Assembly (NCBI RefSeq): GCF_002113885.1
Contig: NW_018407846.1
Location: 81,492 to 145,491, forward strand
Source: Mizuhopecten yessoensis
Taxonomy: Eukaryota
DNA: 64,000 bases
Reading direction: 5' to 3'
In this document: piece by piece, positions 1 to 14,858 of the stretch
Layout of the letters: every line of letters starts with the position of its first letter
Numbering within the stretch: position 1 is the stretch's first letter
Position numbers and translations under genes: made by a program
The notes under the pieces: generated by a model
Databases searched by the model: none
Seen by the model: the letters and a program-made list of their open reading frames with translations, nothing else
Told to the model about the DNA's origin: nothing

Positions 1-82
1 ACACGGAGTATATAGTAAGGTGTTGGTACACTTTGTAACACGGAGTATATAGTAAGGTGTTGGTACACTTTGTAACACGGAG
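1..82. repeat. 37-bp tandem repeat, probably cut by window start
   Basis: ACACGGAGTATATAGTAAGGTGTTGGTACACTTTGTA x2 plus partial. Confidence 0.9.
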
Positions 83-3000
83 ACTTGCGGAAATAGTAGT
101 TACCTTGTAACGTAAGGTACAATGTCAATGTAATAATAGTTGACACAAAAAATAAACAGTGACCTACCTTTTGTTCTGAAGCGGTGGGTGTTCCTGAAAT
201 ATTTTGATAAATGATGACTTAAATATACAATTATGTTACCACGAAGTTATATTCATTACCTGAGTTCACTTCCAGTACTATACAAAAACAGAAATAGAAA
301 CGTTATTCGCGTTCGACTCAACATGATTTAAATTGAATATCTTATCTACGAAGCGAATCATAGTAAAACGTTTTTTTAGAAATAGTCATGCACGTTGCAT
401 TCTATGTAGCATTTGTATCAAACCTGTTGTTTGTGTGACATAGTCTTTTTTTCTTTGTTTGTTTGTTTTTCCATGACAGGATTTATAGTTAACCAACAAT
501 AAACAGTTTATGTACCAATACTTAACTTTCGTTAAAGCGATAGTAGTCAATAAGCATTACCGTTGTCAGCCCTATAGAGAAAGTGTTAGCATTCCGAGGC
601 CAGTCATAACGCATTTTGCAAAAAATTTTGCTTGGAAATCTAATCTATGCTTATTCAAGAAGCTTAACAATCATTATGCATTAAAGCTGTATAGTATCGT
701 TGCTGTATAACGGGCTATGATTAATAAACAAATGCCTTTTACAGATAAAAATATACCCACCTTTTCTTGTTGGTAAGGAGCTCATTCAGTGACGTTATAG
801 TAGCAGGGGCGATAACTCGTACAGCATTGCGCGACAAAATAGGGGACGTTACTGTGACGCTACGTATATACCGTTCTACAACAAGTTACAAGATATAAGA
901 CACAAGAAATTTTATTTAACGTTGCATACAGGTAGACAAGGAACATTAGCTCTTGATACCTATTATTGCGACAAACATATGTAAAATAACAATTACAAAT
1001 TGTATTACAAGTAAAGGTATATAATGACATATATTAATAAAAAACAGTAATAATCTTCTTTATTTTACGGTGGCTCCATCAATGTTGATGTTTATGCCCT
1101 CGGGGGTCCTATTGCAGAGGCGTGAAAAAGGGGGCTATTTACAGTGATTAGTCTTAATCATCACAGAAAAAGAAAGTATACATATCCCAGGTTTCTAAAT
1201 GATTGGGTGTCCCCTACCTACAAAGGCCCCCGGGATATATTTATGAAAATAGTGTTAATATATGAAAAGCATTAAATGTGATCACAGATAAGTAGTATTC
1301 AGAATAAGTAAATAAAGAAAAAGTTAATAGTGAATGAATACTTGTATATCACACAAGAAGTACTTAGGACTTAGGATTAAAACACTATGAAGTGGAATAT
1401 ACATACAATACTAATATAACAAAGAATAAAATTGACAGAATATAAACTATTAGAGTGTGAATTAAATATGATACTGAAATCAATGAACAAAATTTATCAA
1501 GTTTTAAACATTTATATTTTAGAATTTATGGAATTAAAATACAAATAAGAATAAAATATAGAATAGAATTAAAACATATAAGAAATGAAATAATACAATA
1601 AACTACTATATTACAGGAAGCCGTTGAAGCTCCATATTTATCGTGCAGTCCGTGCTATTTCTCTTGTAATTGTTGCAAAACTGATCCGTTTGAGATGTTC
1701 TTTTAGCCTGGCTAGCGGTATGGTATGATAATGAATCGGCCGTTTTAAAGTAATGAAACATGTCATAGAGGGCAGTAAATCGTTACTACTGAGAATAACA
1801 ATTGTTAATATGGTGTTTAATACTGTCTGGTTGACTATCTGTTAAATATTAAAAAAAATACAGAATAATGGACAGAATGATATTTCATTTTGAAAAATTA
1901 TTTGAAAAAGAAAGTGGTTGTATTTCTTTTTTATTTAAAGAACCAATGAGAGCAACGAGAAAATTGTATATGAAATGAAATGATGTCTTCTACACTTAAA
2001 ACAATCCTATAATTTCAATATGCCATTACAAGTAACCAAGGCTCAACATTTGTACAGAACGTGTCTTATTCTCAGGACGGACAAATACATATCACAACCA
2101 AAACACGTGTGATTGCTCTCATTAAAAGTTACAGTTTAACAATTTAAAATAGATCAATTTTAAAGATTTCAGAAACACTGTCGTTTTATCTTAATGTCCG
2201 TAACATATGCAGAAAAAGAGGGAGTGGGAAGTAATCGTTTCTGTCGTGTCATAAATGATTCATGGTTAGAAAATATTTGATATCAGGCAGAATGGGGGAA
2301 AAGTGCATGGAGAGATATCGCCGACCAGAGGTAATCAAGATTGACTACGTCTGAGATGTCATTCTTCTGTAGCCTTGCTTATCTCCCCTTGTATTTAGTG
2401 GGTGTGACACGTATACCTACATTACACACGTAAATTGATACTACCAGGGAGCATCGCAAAACTTTACTGGGGATATCTTATCATAAAAATACACATACGA
2501 AATTCTTTTGTGCGATTACTAGATAAGTACGGGTTTACGGAAGGGTATAGGTCTCGTAAAACATATACTGTATCTGTGAGGTATCACCAACAGGTGACTG
2601 ATCGAATGCCGGAGCCTGGAATACGGGCTGATCAACGGCGATAATACATGTAGTTGTATTATATTCGGTGTTCTAGGTTTGGAAAATTTCTTTCTGCATG
2701 AACAGTGCATTTCAAAGTCATTCTGATGTCTTTGAAGCAGCAGTATTTTTTTAATCTCTAGCTGATGAAAATGCAATCAATAAGTTAATTAAGGAAGAGG
2801 TCAAATAAAGAGATGTTTTTGTTTGCATGTAACATACGATAATCTTACCTGAATCTGTACCTTAACCATAGTCTGACTTACCGCTGCACATCTGCACATA
2901 AAAAATAATCAAGGACGTTTTTCATCGTCTTAGAGTTTTTTTAAATTGATTCTGCTAATGCCAATGTGTAACTATTCTTTGAGAAAGGACAGATAGAGAG

Positions 3001-4744
3001 CAACGCTGAAGTGGTTTAATCTCGTGTATGTGAAACATAAGATATTAGATCAGGTCGGTATCTAACATAAACACACGGTTCGTGGGCGACGCACTATAGC
3101 GGAAAGGAATTCGAATACTATGGCGCTGCTGACCTGTTACACCTTTAGATCAGAGATCTAGACATAAGTATATGTATATGACTTCAGTAAAATGGGTCAA
3201 AATACAACCACACGATGAAGATAATCTATTTAGCGTTCGACATCATTTCTTGATATTTTATCAAAGCCAGCTGCAATATGGAGATATTAGCTGTATGTCA
3301 TATCTTATCATCCGTCCTATTCATTACAATGATTAATAAGGAGAAGAGATGGTGTACCACAAATATCGAAGTTTCTATTAATTTTTGTTATCACAAAGCG
3401 CACATTTAAAATTAAAAATATCGTGGGTTAGGCGATTTAGCATTCCGATATTCCTTATCTAAATTTTGTCTTGATTATGAATTATTAAACAAATTCTTTG
3501 GCACACATGTTGTTTATTTTGGAAGGGTCTTCGTGTCGGCGTTGATTCCAAAGGTGAAACTGCTCTCTTCGTACCGATACGTCACTTTTAGTTTTTGCTT
3601 TCTGAAAAAATGCTAACTTTTATTAAAATTAAAAATAAATTAACGGACATGATGCAGTTATATACATATTTAAAAGGATGTTTGACATTTCATTTGTCTC
3701 CATCATGTTTTTTTTTTGTTTGGTTTTTTTACTTTTGACCTTCCCATCTTCACTGTTTGATTCACTTCCTTCGATTATATCATGAGAACATCAAAGAGTG
3801 TTCAGAAGATATGTTTATCGAGAGTTCGACCCTTGGGTTTCGAAGATGGTTTACCTGCTTTATCATTTAAAACGCTTATAGCACACGGGAGACAACTGCT
3901 TGTTGTAAATATAGTCTTAAATCTATATTCTTGAGTTGTAAACAGTTGAATTGTTACACTTATTCGATGTACAATTGTTAATTGTATATTTCATTCAACT
4001 GTATTCATGGTTAATTTATTTACACGGAATGCAACATCCAGCGAAAGCTGTCGATTAATAATGGTGGTACAACATCGATTACTTATGTAGTATGAATATC
4101 CTTTGAATACACATAGAGCCGTAATCCAAAGATGCCGACGACAAAGTGTTGACTTTACTTTTGTCTTGGCGTTTGGTAAAAACGTGGAGCTGGCACTGTC
4201 AAATCAAGGTGATTCACATCGTCAACTTCAACCTTTCTTAAATCAGTTGACAGTATCAGAAGTATCTGGAGGTCATAGACCTACTTATTCTACGAATAAC
4301 AGTTATAAGGCTATAAGAATTCAGAGAATTCGGCTGACAGTATCTGAGGTTTATTGTGACGTCATAATTAGAATCAAGGGCGTTAACTCTAGTTACATGT
4401 GACTATTATAGATGGGAGATCACTGATAATGTTTGCATTGTGAATGAAAATATGATGTACACTACTTGTACATGTATAGTGTCCGGTAATCCCCTCACGT
4501 CGACCACCAACAACAAATGCAATTTCACTTTAGTCAGATGTAGCAAGTTAAGGACCACAACTGTAAATTACAAATCATCTTCTCAGCTGTTGCGTATTGT
4601 TCACTCCCGTCAGGCTAGGCTATTGGACACTCCAGTCCTGTCGTGCTAATCTATTACCTACTCCTGTCATGCTATGCTATTGTCGACTCATTTCAGGCTA
4701 TGCTTGTGTCTGCTCTTGTCAGTATGGGCTAGTGTCTACTTCTG

Positions 4745-4870
4745 CCAGGCTAGGATACTGTCCGCTCCTGCCAGGCTAGGATACTGTCCACTCCTGCCAG
4801 GCTTGGATACCGTCTGCTCCTACCAGGCTAGGATGCTGTCCACTCCTGCCAGGCTAGGATACTGTCCACT
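4745..4870. repeat. 26-bp minisatellite (~5 copies)
   Basis: CCAGGCTAGGATACTGTCCACTCCTG units. Confidence 0.9.
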
Positions 4871-5860
4871 GTTTATACCGTACTGATGGTTCTTCACTGT
4901 TTATACCGTACTGATGAGTCTTCACTCTTTATACCGTACTAATGGTTCATCACTGTTTATACCGTACTAATGGTTCTTCACTGTTTATACCATACTGATG
5001 GTTCTATACTGTTTATACCGTACTGATAGTTCTTCACTGTGTATACCGTACTGATTGTTCTTCACGGTTTATACCGTACTAATGGTTCTTCACTGTTTAT
5101 ACCGAACAGATTGTTCTTCACTGTTTATACCGTACTAATAATTATTTACTGTTTATACCGTATTAATCATTCTTCACTGTTTATACCGTACTGATGGTTC
5201 TTCACTGTTTATACCGAACAATTCGTTCTTCACTGTTTATACCGTACTAGTGATTCTTCACTGTTTATACCGTACTAGTGATTCTTCACTGTTTATACCG
5301 TCCTAACGATTCTTCACTGTTTATACCGTACTTGTGGTTTTTCAATCTTTATACCGAACAATTCGTTCTTCACTGTTTATACCGTACTGATGGTTCTTCC
5401 CTGTTTATACCGTGCTGATGGTTCTTCACTGTTTATACCGTACTGATGGTTTTTCACTGTATATACCGTACTGATGGTTCTTCACTGTTTATACCATACT
5501 GATTGTTCTTCACTGTTTATACCGTACTGATGGTTCTTCACTGTTTGTACCGTACTAATGATTCTTCACTGTTTATACCGTACTGATGGTTCTTCACTGT
5601 TTATACCGTACTGGTGGTTCTTCACTGTTTATACCGTACTGATGGTTTTTCACTGTATATACCGTACTGATGGTTCTTCACTGTTTATACCGTGCTGATG
5701 GTTCTTCACTGTGTATACCGTACTGATGGTTCTTCACTGTTTATACCGTACTGATGGTTCTTCACTGTTTATACCGTATTGATGGTTCTTCATTGTTTAT
5801 ACCGTACTGATGGTTCTTCACTGTTTATACCATACTGATGGTTTTTCAGGTTATACCGTA
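4868..5860. repeat. 28-bp minisatellite (~35 copies)
   Basis: CACTGTTTATACCGTACTGATGGTTCTT units; degenerate copies to ~6040. Confidence 0.96.
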
Positions 5861-6954
5861 TAACCACTGCTGGTATTTTATTGTTTACAAATTAACTACT
5901 GGTGGTTCTTCAATGTTAATGCTCTCTTTTTAACTTTTATTCACTGCTAACATTTTACCTTCCGATGGTTCTTCACTATTTACACATTACTGATGATTTT
6001 TCATTGTTTGTATGGTACCTTCTGGTGGTTCTTAACTGTTTCATCTTTACCTACTGACCTACCAGAGGAGACGTTAGCCGTAGTTACAGTAACACGACAC
6101 AGATAAAGGCTGACCGAGAAGACGAATTTGACATAGGATAATGCACCCCAAGTGTTCCACGACACAACCACGTCAAGGGTACGTTTGATTTGAATGGTAT
6201 TTGACAGCGTATCAGATATAACAAGACCTGTAACGCAGCATCGGCAGTAGATTACACGTGTATCCTCTGTACATCTATAGATCATCGAGCACACGTGGTT
6301 ACTGCCGTTGTAGGTCTTCATATTATAGCGATGAGGAGTGCCAGGTCAACTTAATCATTAAAACGCTATCTTGCTCTCATATAAAAGTTTTTGATATCTA
6401 GACATTTTACTGTAACCAATATTTGTGAATGATTATTAATCATGGTCTGGTCATTATTGGGGAAAACAATTAAAAGGTTCACAAAGATATTCTTTGGTAA
6501 ATCTAGTGTCATTCTGATATATTTTTGAAACAAAAGAACGCAACCTAAAACTCAAGGGTTAATAAACTAACGTTTTTGAAAAGTATGTCTAAATTTTGAA
6601 TGTATTAGTTATCTTTGAATATAGCATTAATCGCTTACAACTTTAAAGGGTTTTTATCTTAAGGGCCTTCAACGTAAACTAAGTTATTCAAGCCTAAAAT
6701 GGCGGTCGTTCCCTAATATCGTGTGTTCCCCCCTTGAACAGCTAAACCGTTTTAATTCTGTATAGGAATGTCATTACATTCCTCAACAAGAGCATTGGCT
6801 AACTTAGGAAGATTATTGTCATTAAAGTCAGAGAATGCTTTATGTACATAAAATATGTGTCCATTTTAAAACAAAAAGGACTTTTAAATAAATATATTCG
6901 GTGGAAGTGCTGTTTTGAGAAATCGAAATTGGCCGTTTGGATTTCTTACAATGC

Positions 6955-8460
6955 TCCATACAGCGTACATACATTATACATACAGCGTACCAACTACATT
7001 ATTACAAACAGCGTACAAACATACATTATCATATACAACGTACAAGCATGTATAATACAAACAGAGTACAAACTTCACAATGACATTCAAGGTGTAAACA
7101 TACATTATACATACAGCCTACAAACATGCATTATACATACAGCCTACAAACGTGCATTATACATAAAGCCTACAAACATGCATTATACATAAAGCCTACA
7201 AACATACATTATATATACAGCCAACAAAATACATAATACATAAAGCCTACAAACATGTATTATACATACAGCCTACAAACATGCGCTAACTTAGGAAGAT
7301 TATTGCATGCATTATACAGCCTACAAAATACATAATACATAAAGCCTACAAACATGCATTTTACATACAGACAATATACATGCATTATACATATAGCCTA
7401 CAAACATGCATTATATATACAGCCAACAAAATACATAATACATACAGCCAACAAACATGCTATATACATACAGCATACAAACATGCATTATACATAAGCC
7501 TACAAACATGCATTATACATACAGCCTACAAACATGCATTATACATAAAGCCTACAAACATACATTATATATACAGCTAACAAACATGCATTTTACATCC
7601 AGACAATAAACATGCATTATACATATAGCCTACAAACATGCATTATATATACAGCCAACAAACATGCATTATACATACAGCCTACAAACATGCATTATAC
7701 ATAAAGCCTACAAACATACATTATATATACAGCCAACAAACATGCATTTTACATACAGCCTACAAACATGCATTATACAAAAGCCTACAAACATGCATTA
7801 TACATACAGTCTATAAACATGCATTATACATACAACTTACAAACATGCATTATACATACATCCTACAAACATGCATTATACATACAACCTACAAACATGC
7901 ATTATACATAAAGCCTGCAAACATGCATTATACATAAAGCCTGCAAACATGCATTATACAAAAAGCCTACAAACATGCATTATACATAAAGCCTACAAAC
8001 ATGCATTAAACATACAGCCTACAAACATGCATTATACATACAGCCTACAAATATGCATTATACATACAGCCTACAAACATGCATTATATATACAGCCTAC
8101 AAACATGCATTATACATTGTACATACAACCTACAAACATGCTATATACATACAGCCTACAAACATGCATAATATAAACAGCGTACAGACATGCATTATAT
8201 ATAAAGCCTACAAACATGCATTATCCATACAACCTACAAACATGCATTATACAAACAGCGTACAAACATGCATTATACATAAAGCCTACAAACATGCATT
8301 ATACATACAGTCTATAAACATGCATTATACATACAGCATACAAACATGCATTATACATACAACCTACAAACGTGCATTATACATACAACCTACAAACATG
8401 CATTATACATACAACCTACAAACATGCATTTTACAACATCTAGCGTACAAACTACATAAT
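6955..8460. repeat. 26-bp minisatellite
   Basis: ATACATACAGCCTACAAACATGCATT units. Confidence 0.95.
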
Positions 8461-9992
8461 TTTATCCATATACCCACAGAGCATTTAGTGGTTTTAATCA
8501 TTTTGAACTGTTGTACAATTATAATGATTCATGAAGGCTTTGTATTTTTTTACAACAATTTTTTTGAACGCTTAAATTCTGTTGCTATAGAAACAATATT
8601 TCGTAAGAATTTTGTAATTCTGTACACAATTAATTGTACTCTGTAATCCAATATCCCCGGGAGACTTTAATTAATTAGAATGCCTTTTTTTTGGTATAAT
8701 TCTGAAGATTCAGATTAATTCATTTGTTTGTTCCATTTGGTTTTAATAAACTTACTCAGCCTAATGCATTCCTATCACATCTATATTTCAGATTTTCTCC
8801 ATCTGTTATATATGTACAGTGTATCTACACATCATTTACTTACATGTATCTATACATACTTCTATACATAACGTAAATGTGCTTTCTTATCGCCTAACAG
8901 CACATTGAATATCATTCAGAAATATTAGAACATTCCAACTGCTTGTTAGGTCCCAAAGTATTAACAGAGGTCCGAACATCTAACACTGGTGTGCTCAATA
9001 GTAATACTAAGTGTATTATGGCTATATATCAATTTTCTATAAAAAAAATCTCGTAAGGATTTTTTTTTTTTAATTTCAAATTGCGTTAAATCTGGGGCAA
9101 CTTTAATGCTATTTATAAAATAATAGATGTACGCCCCATCTAGTTTCTTAGTATGACGAGGTAATATTTATAACAAATTGCATATTTGAGTATTGAATAT
9201 TTCTTTCTTTCTTAATTTCGTTCACACAATAATGTCAGGTTCACATTGCAAATTCATCGCTTAAACGATCATAGCTGGCCCATCTTCCCTGAAACCTTGA
9301 GGGGATGAAGTGATATCGAAAAAAGACAGCGACATGTTTAGTGCGGATGTAATTCGAATGACACAGATATATAGGTGCGCCAATCTGTAGGAAATATACC
9401 TCAAATAGCCAGTAGCTAATTATAGACGTCGACACTGAGATATAAACAGAGGTCGACTGAAATTGGATATTTGAAAGTCAGACTCCTTAATAAATAATAT
9501 TGATTTCTATGATAAGTGTCATAAAATTGGGGTTAACACATATTATGTTTTGGTTAACCAGTTTTGATCATTGGTTTACCTATAAAAAAAACTTCGCTAC
9601 CTCCTTGTTGTAATGATGCAAGCTAATGTTACCTATATTTCAGTTCACTCGAAACTTTAACAGTATTCAAGTTATCAAAAGCCAATACATGTAACTGCGA
9701 TTGAACAATTGTGCATGTATACAGCAGTTATATTTACATTTCCACTGCACAGAGCCTAGATGTTTCTACTGGGCCCAATGTATGTTATTTCCGTATAACA
9801 TACAGTGGACCATTGTGACGTCGCTACGCTTATGACGTCATAACTGTAACGTTGGAGATTGCACTGCTCCACTACTGTCACCTGGTGGCTGTTCTCTGTA
9901 TGGATTTACCCTGACGTTGAAACGTGTTCAGACAAATATCATGTCTGCGTGAACTGTAAGTTGATCAACATAAAATGTAAATATATGTATTT

Positions 9993-10134
9993 GTTGTCAT
10001 ATTTTTGGCATGCATTGGTGTGTAACATACATTAGCTTACCTACATATTTAAAATGGTGCGCTAGCGCGCACCATTCAATATGTAGGTAAGCCAATATAT
10101 GTTACACACCAATGCATGTCAAAAATATGACAAC
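9993..10134. mobile_element. Long hairpin, probable terminus of a non-autonomous Crypton-type element
   Basis: ~65-bp inverted arms around GCGCTAGCGCGC loop. Confidence 0.55.
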
Positions 10135-10216
10135 CAATTCTTAAATATACCGCTTTTCACAATCAATATCCGGTTCATGACAGATAATGGTCTTCAGTCC
10201 GATCTTTTTTCAAAGC

Positions 10217-10920
10217 ATTTTAGTCGTCCGTCCGTCTTTATCCTCCAGAAAGAATCAGTGAAGGATATAGCGGGCATGCGTTGCGTCCTGATGTCTGTCC
10301 GTAGCGCATTACTGCACGATAACTTGAGAAAAAGTGATCGCACAAAATTCAAACTTGGTGTGTGGGTGTCCCTAGTAGATGTAAACAACCCTATTGATTT
10401 CGGGCATGTTTTGTCTGAGGTCAAGGTCGCCTTTGCTAAAAACAGAATTCTGCTTTGTTGTGCTTGACCTGCATACCAAGTTTTAACTTGATACGTAGAT
10501 TTTCCTAGTAAATGCAAAGAACCCAAATGAGGTTTGGTGAAGTTTATAATCGGAGGTCAATATCACTATTGCTAAAAATAGAGTTTTGCTTGGTTGCTCT
10601 TGTCCACATATGACGAATGACCATACATACTTCAAACTTGGTGTGTGAGTTGCCCTGGTGATTGCAAATACACGAATTGCTTTTTGGCGTGGTCCAGCAA
10701 GGTCAATGTCACTGATGCTAGAATTAGATTATTGTTTCTCTGAATGATAACTTGAAAACTTATTATCATACAAAGTTAACCTTGGTGTTTTTGTGGTTCT
10801 AGCAGATATACTCCAGCGGTCTTAGTGTAACCTGTAACACAAATCCGTGATGGGTTCATAGCTTATCTCGCACATGACATTTTCGAGGGATATGCTGCCC
10901 TCGACAGCTCTCTAATTGTT
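10217..10920 (+). mobile_element. HINE/Helentron-like non-autonomous element with internal tandem subunits
   Basis: T-rich start, GTCC motifs, repeated TTCAAACTTGGTGTGTG...GGTCAAGGTC subunits, short 3' hairpin GAGGG...CCCTC then T-run. Confidence 0.65.
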
Positions 10921-13900
10921 TAGGTGGTGTTTATTATTGGAAGGACAAATAAAATGTTACATTTTTACAATGTTGGTTCTAGCGGATCCAAGATTTCTGA
11001 AAGGTTCAGTATTTCATTTGCATTCCCTATCTATGAAGGGAAATGGGTCTAACCTCTAAAATATACCAAAACCTATCGATTTTAAAGAAATGTATTTTTC
11101 GGTGCTGAAAGGGGTGGCGGGTGAATGGTCCACCACTACGTGCTATAGACTAATAACCTGATTAATATGCTAATGGTGATATTCGCGCATCATACACACG
11201 TGTAGTTCATCCGTCCTATATGTAACGCACATACATCAATACATGTGCGAGGCATGTGTGGTTACGCATGTTTACATTATCATCAGGATCAAGGGCGATC
11301 GTCACTCCTAAGTTTTAGGTAACTAGGCTGTGAAACACTTATGAGGTCAGTGGATATATGTCGTCATAGACAAGCATGATGACGCCGAAAGATACGTCAC
11401 GAAAGTATTTACTTCAAAGAAGCTGGTTACGCTAGTATATATATATACGCTTGGGACATGTGATGAACGTTTAATGGTTCAATATATTGTATATGTACAA
11501 GTACATATACTTTGCATCACAGGTATTGGACACGTTAACATTATGTGTGCAATTCATATTAGTGTATCCAGCACTTGTGCCTTACGTAATGGCTAGAAAA
11601 CACCTCAGGAATCGTCTTAACGAAAACTCGCCTACAAATGTCACTGTTTAGATTATTAAAGGATATCCATGTACAGAAATAATAATAATAAAAACCTGTT
11701 GAAAAATGCACGTGTACAAACCACGTGTCAGATACTAAAATTGATATTTAGGAGTGATGTATCACTCAGAGGCAAAACTAAACACGCGCAAATATCACAG
11801 AGATGTCAGATATTCAATATGGAAAGTATCCGGCAAAAGAATGCGAAAAATACCTAGATCTACATGTAGGATAGTGATCTATTGGAGGTCTGATTACCGT
11901 GACCTTTACAAGGCCACATAAGGTCATATAAGGTCAATACGCAACCGTTTTATCGCACGGCAGCTGGGTAAGAAAAATATCTTATGTAAAATGTATGCAT
12001 TTCACAGAAGTCTTGATTTACAGTAACATACATAATCCCAACACCGTACTGCGATAACCACGAAAGACCAGAAGCTATGGTGTGATACACGGACGGACGC
12101 TTAGCTTGAAAAAAAGGCTTGTCAGTTAATAATTTAAAGTGACTCTAAAATCTGACTATCTGCTCCATGGTTCCGATAACATTTTAGTCTTCTCATTTTT
12201 ATATAAAGAATATCTTGTTGACATAATAAAAAAATATCTTGTTGAAAGATTCGTTGATTTTAAGTTTTATTATAAAAATTACTTGGGGCAATGAAGTATT
12301 AAAATCTAGGCCGTGCCAGGATGCTTGTCCTGATAGACAGCGGGGTATCAAACTTGAGTTTTAGATCTATATTAGCTCTACATTCACAACGAGATTACAT
12401 ACATTTTGAGGGTATAATAGTCGTTTATTTCTTAAAATTTCCATTTTCCTTGTCATTGAAATACACATTTTAACGCGAAAACTAATCAATGGGAGTTTAG
12501 ATTGACATACACCGGTTTTTCAGTGAGCACAAACTTTTGAACAGTGACAAAGCTAACAGTGAGTACACGTAAGTGAGCATAGAGAGACAGATATACCTAT
12601 CAACGAGCGCGAGATAACACCAATCACCTGACACAAATCGTTAGAAGATATTAGGTTGTTATGCAACATCTGGGTCCAGATACGCAACGAAACATCCGGA
12701 TTTACGATCAACTTGAATGACACGCACTATCAACGTATATAGTGCATTACGTCGCTAGTTTCTTTTACCTCAGTAAAGGTCACAATATAAGAACATAAAA
12801 CCATAATGTCATATCAATATTAACATTGGACTCCAATTATTAGAAAAAATATAATAGTATGCAAATACAATGTATCGTGTCTATAAAATAAAAATAAACA
12901 GTTTGTTACATGTCTATGAGGGAAATACACTGTATACTATTATAATATTAAAGTCAATAAACTTGAAATAACTTGAAGAGCCATTTGATAAACCTGTCAG
13001 CTAAAGATGTTGCTCTGATATAACAACATCACGAACCATTGCTTTCCAATCGGAAATTCTTCGAGTCTTTCCGTCATACTATAATATTAGAGAAATCGGG
13101 GGCCAGTCATGTGACTTCGACTTAGATTCAAACTCTGTCGGCAAATCCCGAATATTTTCCGAGGGCCGTTCGCCACCTGATGGAAATAGTATGTAAAGAA
13201 AACATCCACTTTTACAGCAAAAATAGCTGTTCCGCCACTTGGTAAAACCGTTTGTTTAAAATTACTGCGCCCAATCTTTCGGGAAAATTGTGGTTAAAAC
13301 TAAATTCTCATTCTTTTCAAATATAACATGACATTTGATACGACATTTGATTGGTAAACCACAATATATTGTCGCGAATTTCAAAATACAGTAAGGTTAT
13401 CCCCTAAACGAAATTCCGTAAATATTATAAGTATATTAGTTTGAAAAGATTTAAAATATCAATGAATTTTGTCAAGTATAAGCGTACGAAGCCTTCTCCC
13501 AACAGCTACGTATCTCATCAGAAGCTGCTCACATCATTATTATGCATACACGAATTCACGGGAAGTCACGAGAGCAGAAACCAACGAATGGCGACCTCGT
13601 CTTCGACTGGGCTGGGTCAGAGGCAATTTTTACGCAATAAACGTACTACCCTTCACAGCGCAAACATTGTTTTCTCTCTAAGCGCATTTCATTGGTAACG
13701 CTGTTGATCGGCTTCCAGTATTTTTTTCCTTTTCTAGCCGATTGCGTCTGCCTGCTTTAGCATGGTATCGCCATTATAGTGTACGTGTCCGCGCATGCGT
13801 GACATTATGTAAAACTAGCGAAGTCTTTCCAGCACACAAGAAAATAAAATCCAGTTCCTTTTTATTTGATATCTTTGACACGTATCACATCGTGAGTGTG

Positions 13901-14678
13901 TTATTTACGGAAAGGTAAAAAGTTTTGTTACCTACGAAAAATCAGAAATGCCAGTTTTATCTTGCTGATTTGAAAAAAAAAAAGATCGAAAATATATCTC
14001 GAATCAAAACAAACCACTCAAAAGTATAGAGTCTACTTTTCTTTGCTAATTTTAACGTAGGTGAAAAGATTGAAAAGGGTATTCTCAATGTTTCATGTCC
14101 TCAGATATGATATTTGAATACTACATGATATGCTTTGAGATTGAAACCTCGTTAGCTAGAGATTACGTCTAATTAAAAAGTATCAGGTCACAATCTTTGT
14201 CAATTACAGCGACTAGTATTGAAGTACGGTTGCATATTGAGTGGTAGTTATATTCGGTACACATTTGGGTGGTACGTTATCTTTGGGTATTTATCGGATG
14301 CTTTCAGATTGATCATGACATCCTGATACAATATTGTTGACGATGGGAAACTTATGGTGAAGGATATTTAACATATGCTCTCAACTTGAAGACTGGTTTC
14401 GTGTGCGTGTTACACGGATTCTTTTGATAGGTCAAACAGCTTTTTTTGCCATAACTTTAAAATTCTGTATTGGTATGGTACATGTAAAAACTTGGATTTA
14501 TACAGCATATTCTTCGTTGCAAAGGTGATTTATCGAAGCAGCAAATTGAATATAAGCGCACAGAATTGACCAAACTGTTATCAGCGCCCACTATTAATGG
14601 AACTGGATGCCAAAGAATGACGGAACTGCGATAACTGACGCTAAGTGACCCTGGTTTCCTGGTTCCATCATGGTTAGA

Positions 14679-14858
14679 GGCCGCGGTGGCCAAGTGGTTT
14701 AGGCTTGGTCCGCGGGTTCGCCCCTAAGTCCACGCGTACGTAGGTCAGTGGCTTTTCTCCGGTAACTCAGACTTTCCACCACCACCAAAACCTGGCACGT
14801 CCTTAAATGACGATAGCTGTTAATAAGACGTACAACACAAACAACCCAAACCAAACCC
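14679..14858 (+). mobile_element. tRNA-derived SINE
   Basis: A-box GGTGGCCAAGTGG, GGTTCG, core TTTTCTCCGG...TTTCCACCACC, (AAACC)n tail. Confidence 0.8.

Noticed and set aside
6001-6321. 106-aa minus ORF as a standalone gene
   Set aside because: No recognisable domain, and it runs into degenerate minisatellite; at most part of an exon
6842-8646. Overlapping H/Y/T-rich ORFs
   Set aside because: Translations of the 26-bp minisatellite
12980-13940. CCAAT/CpG-richer block (promoter or DNA transposon)
   Set aside because: Could not define termini, TSD, TSS or coding remnant from sequence alone
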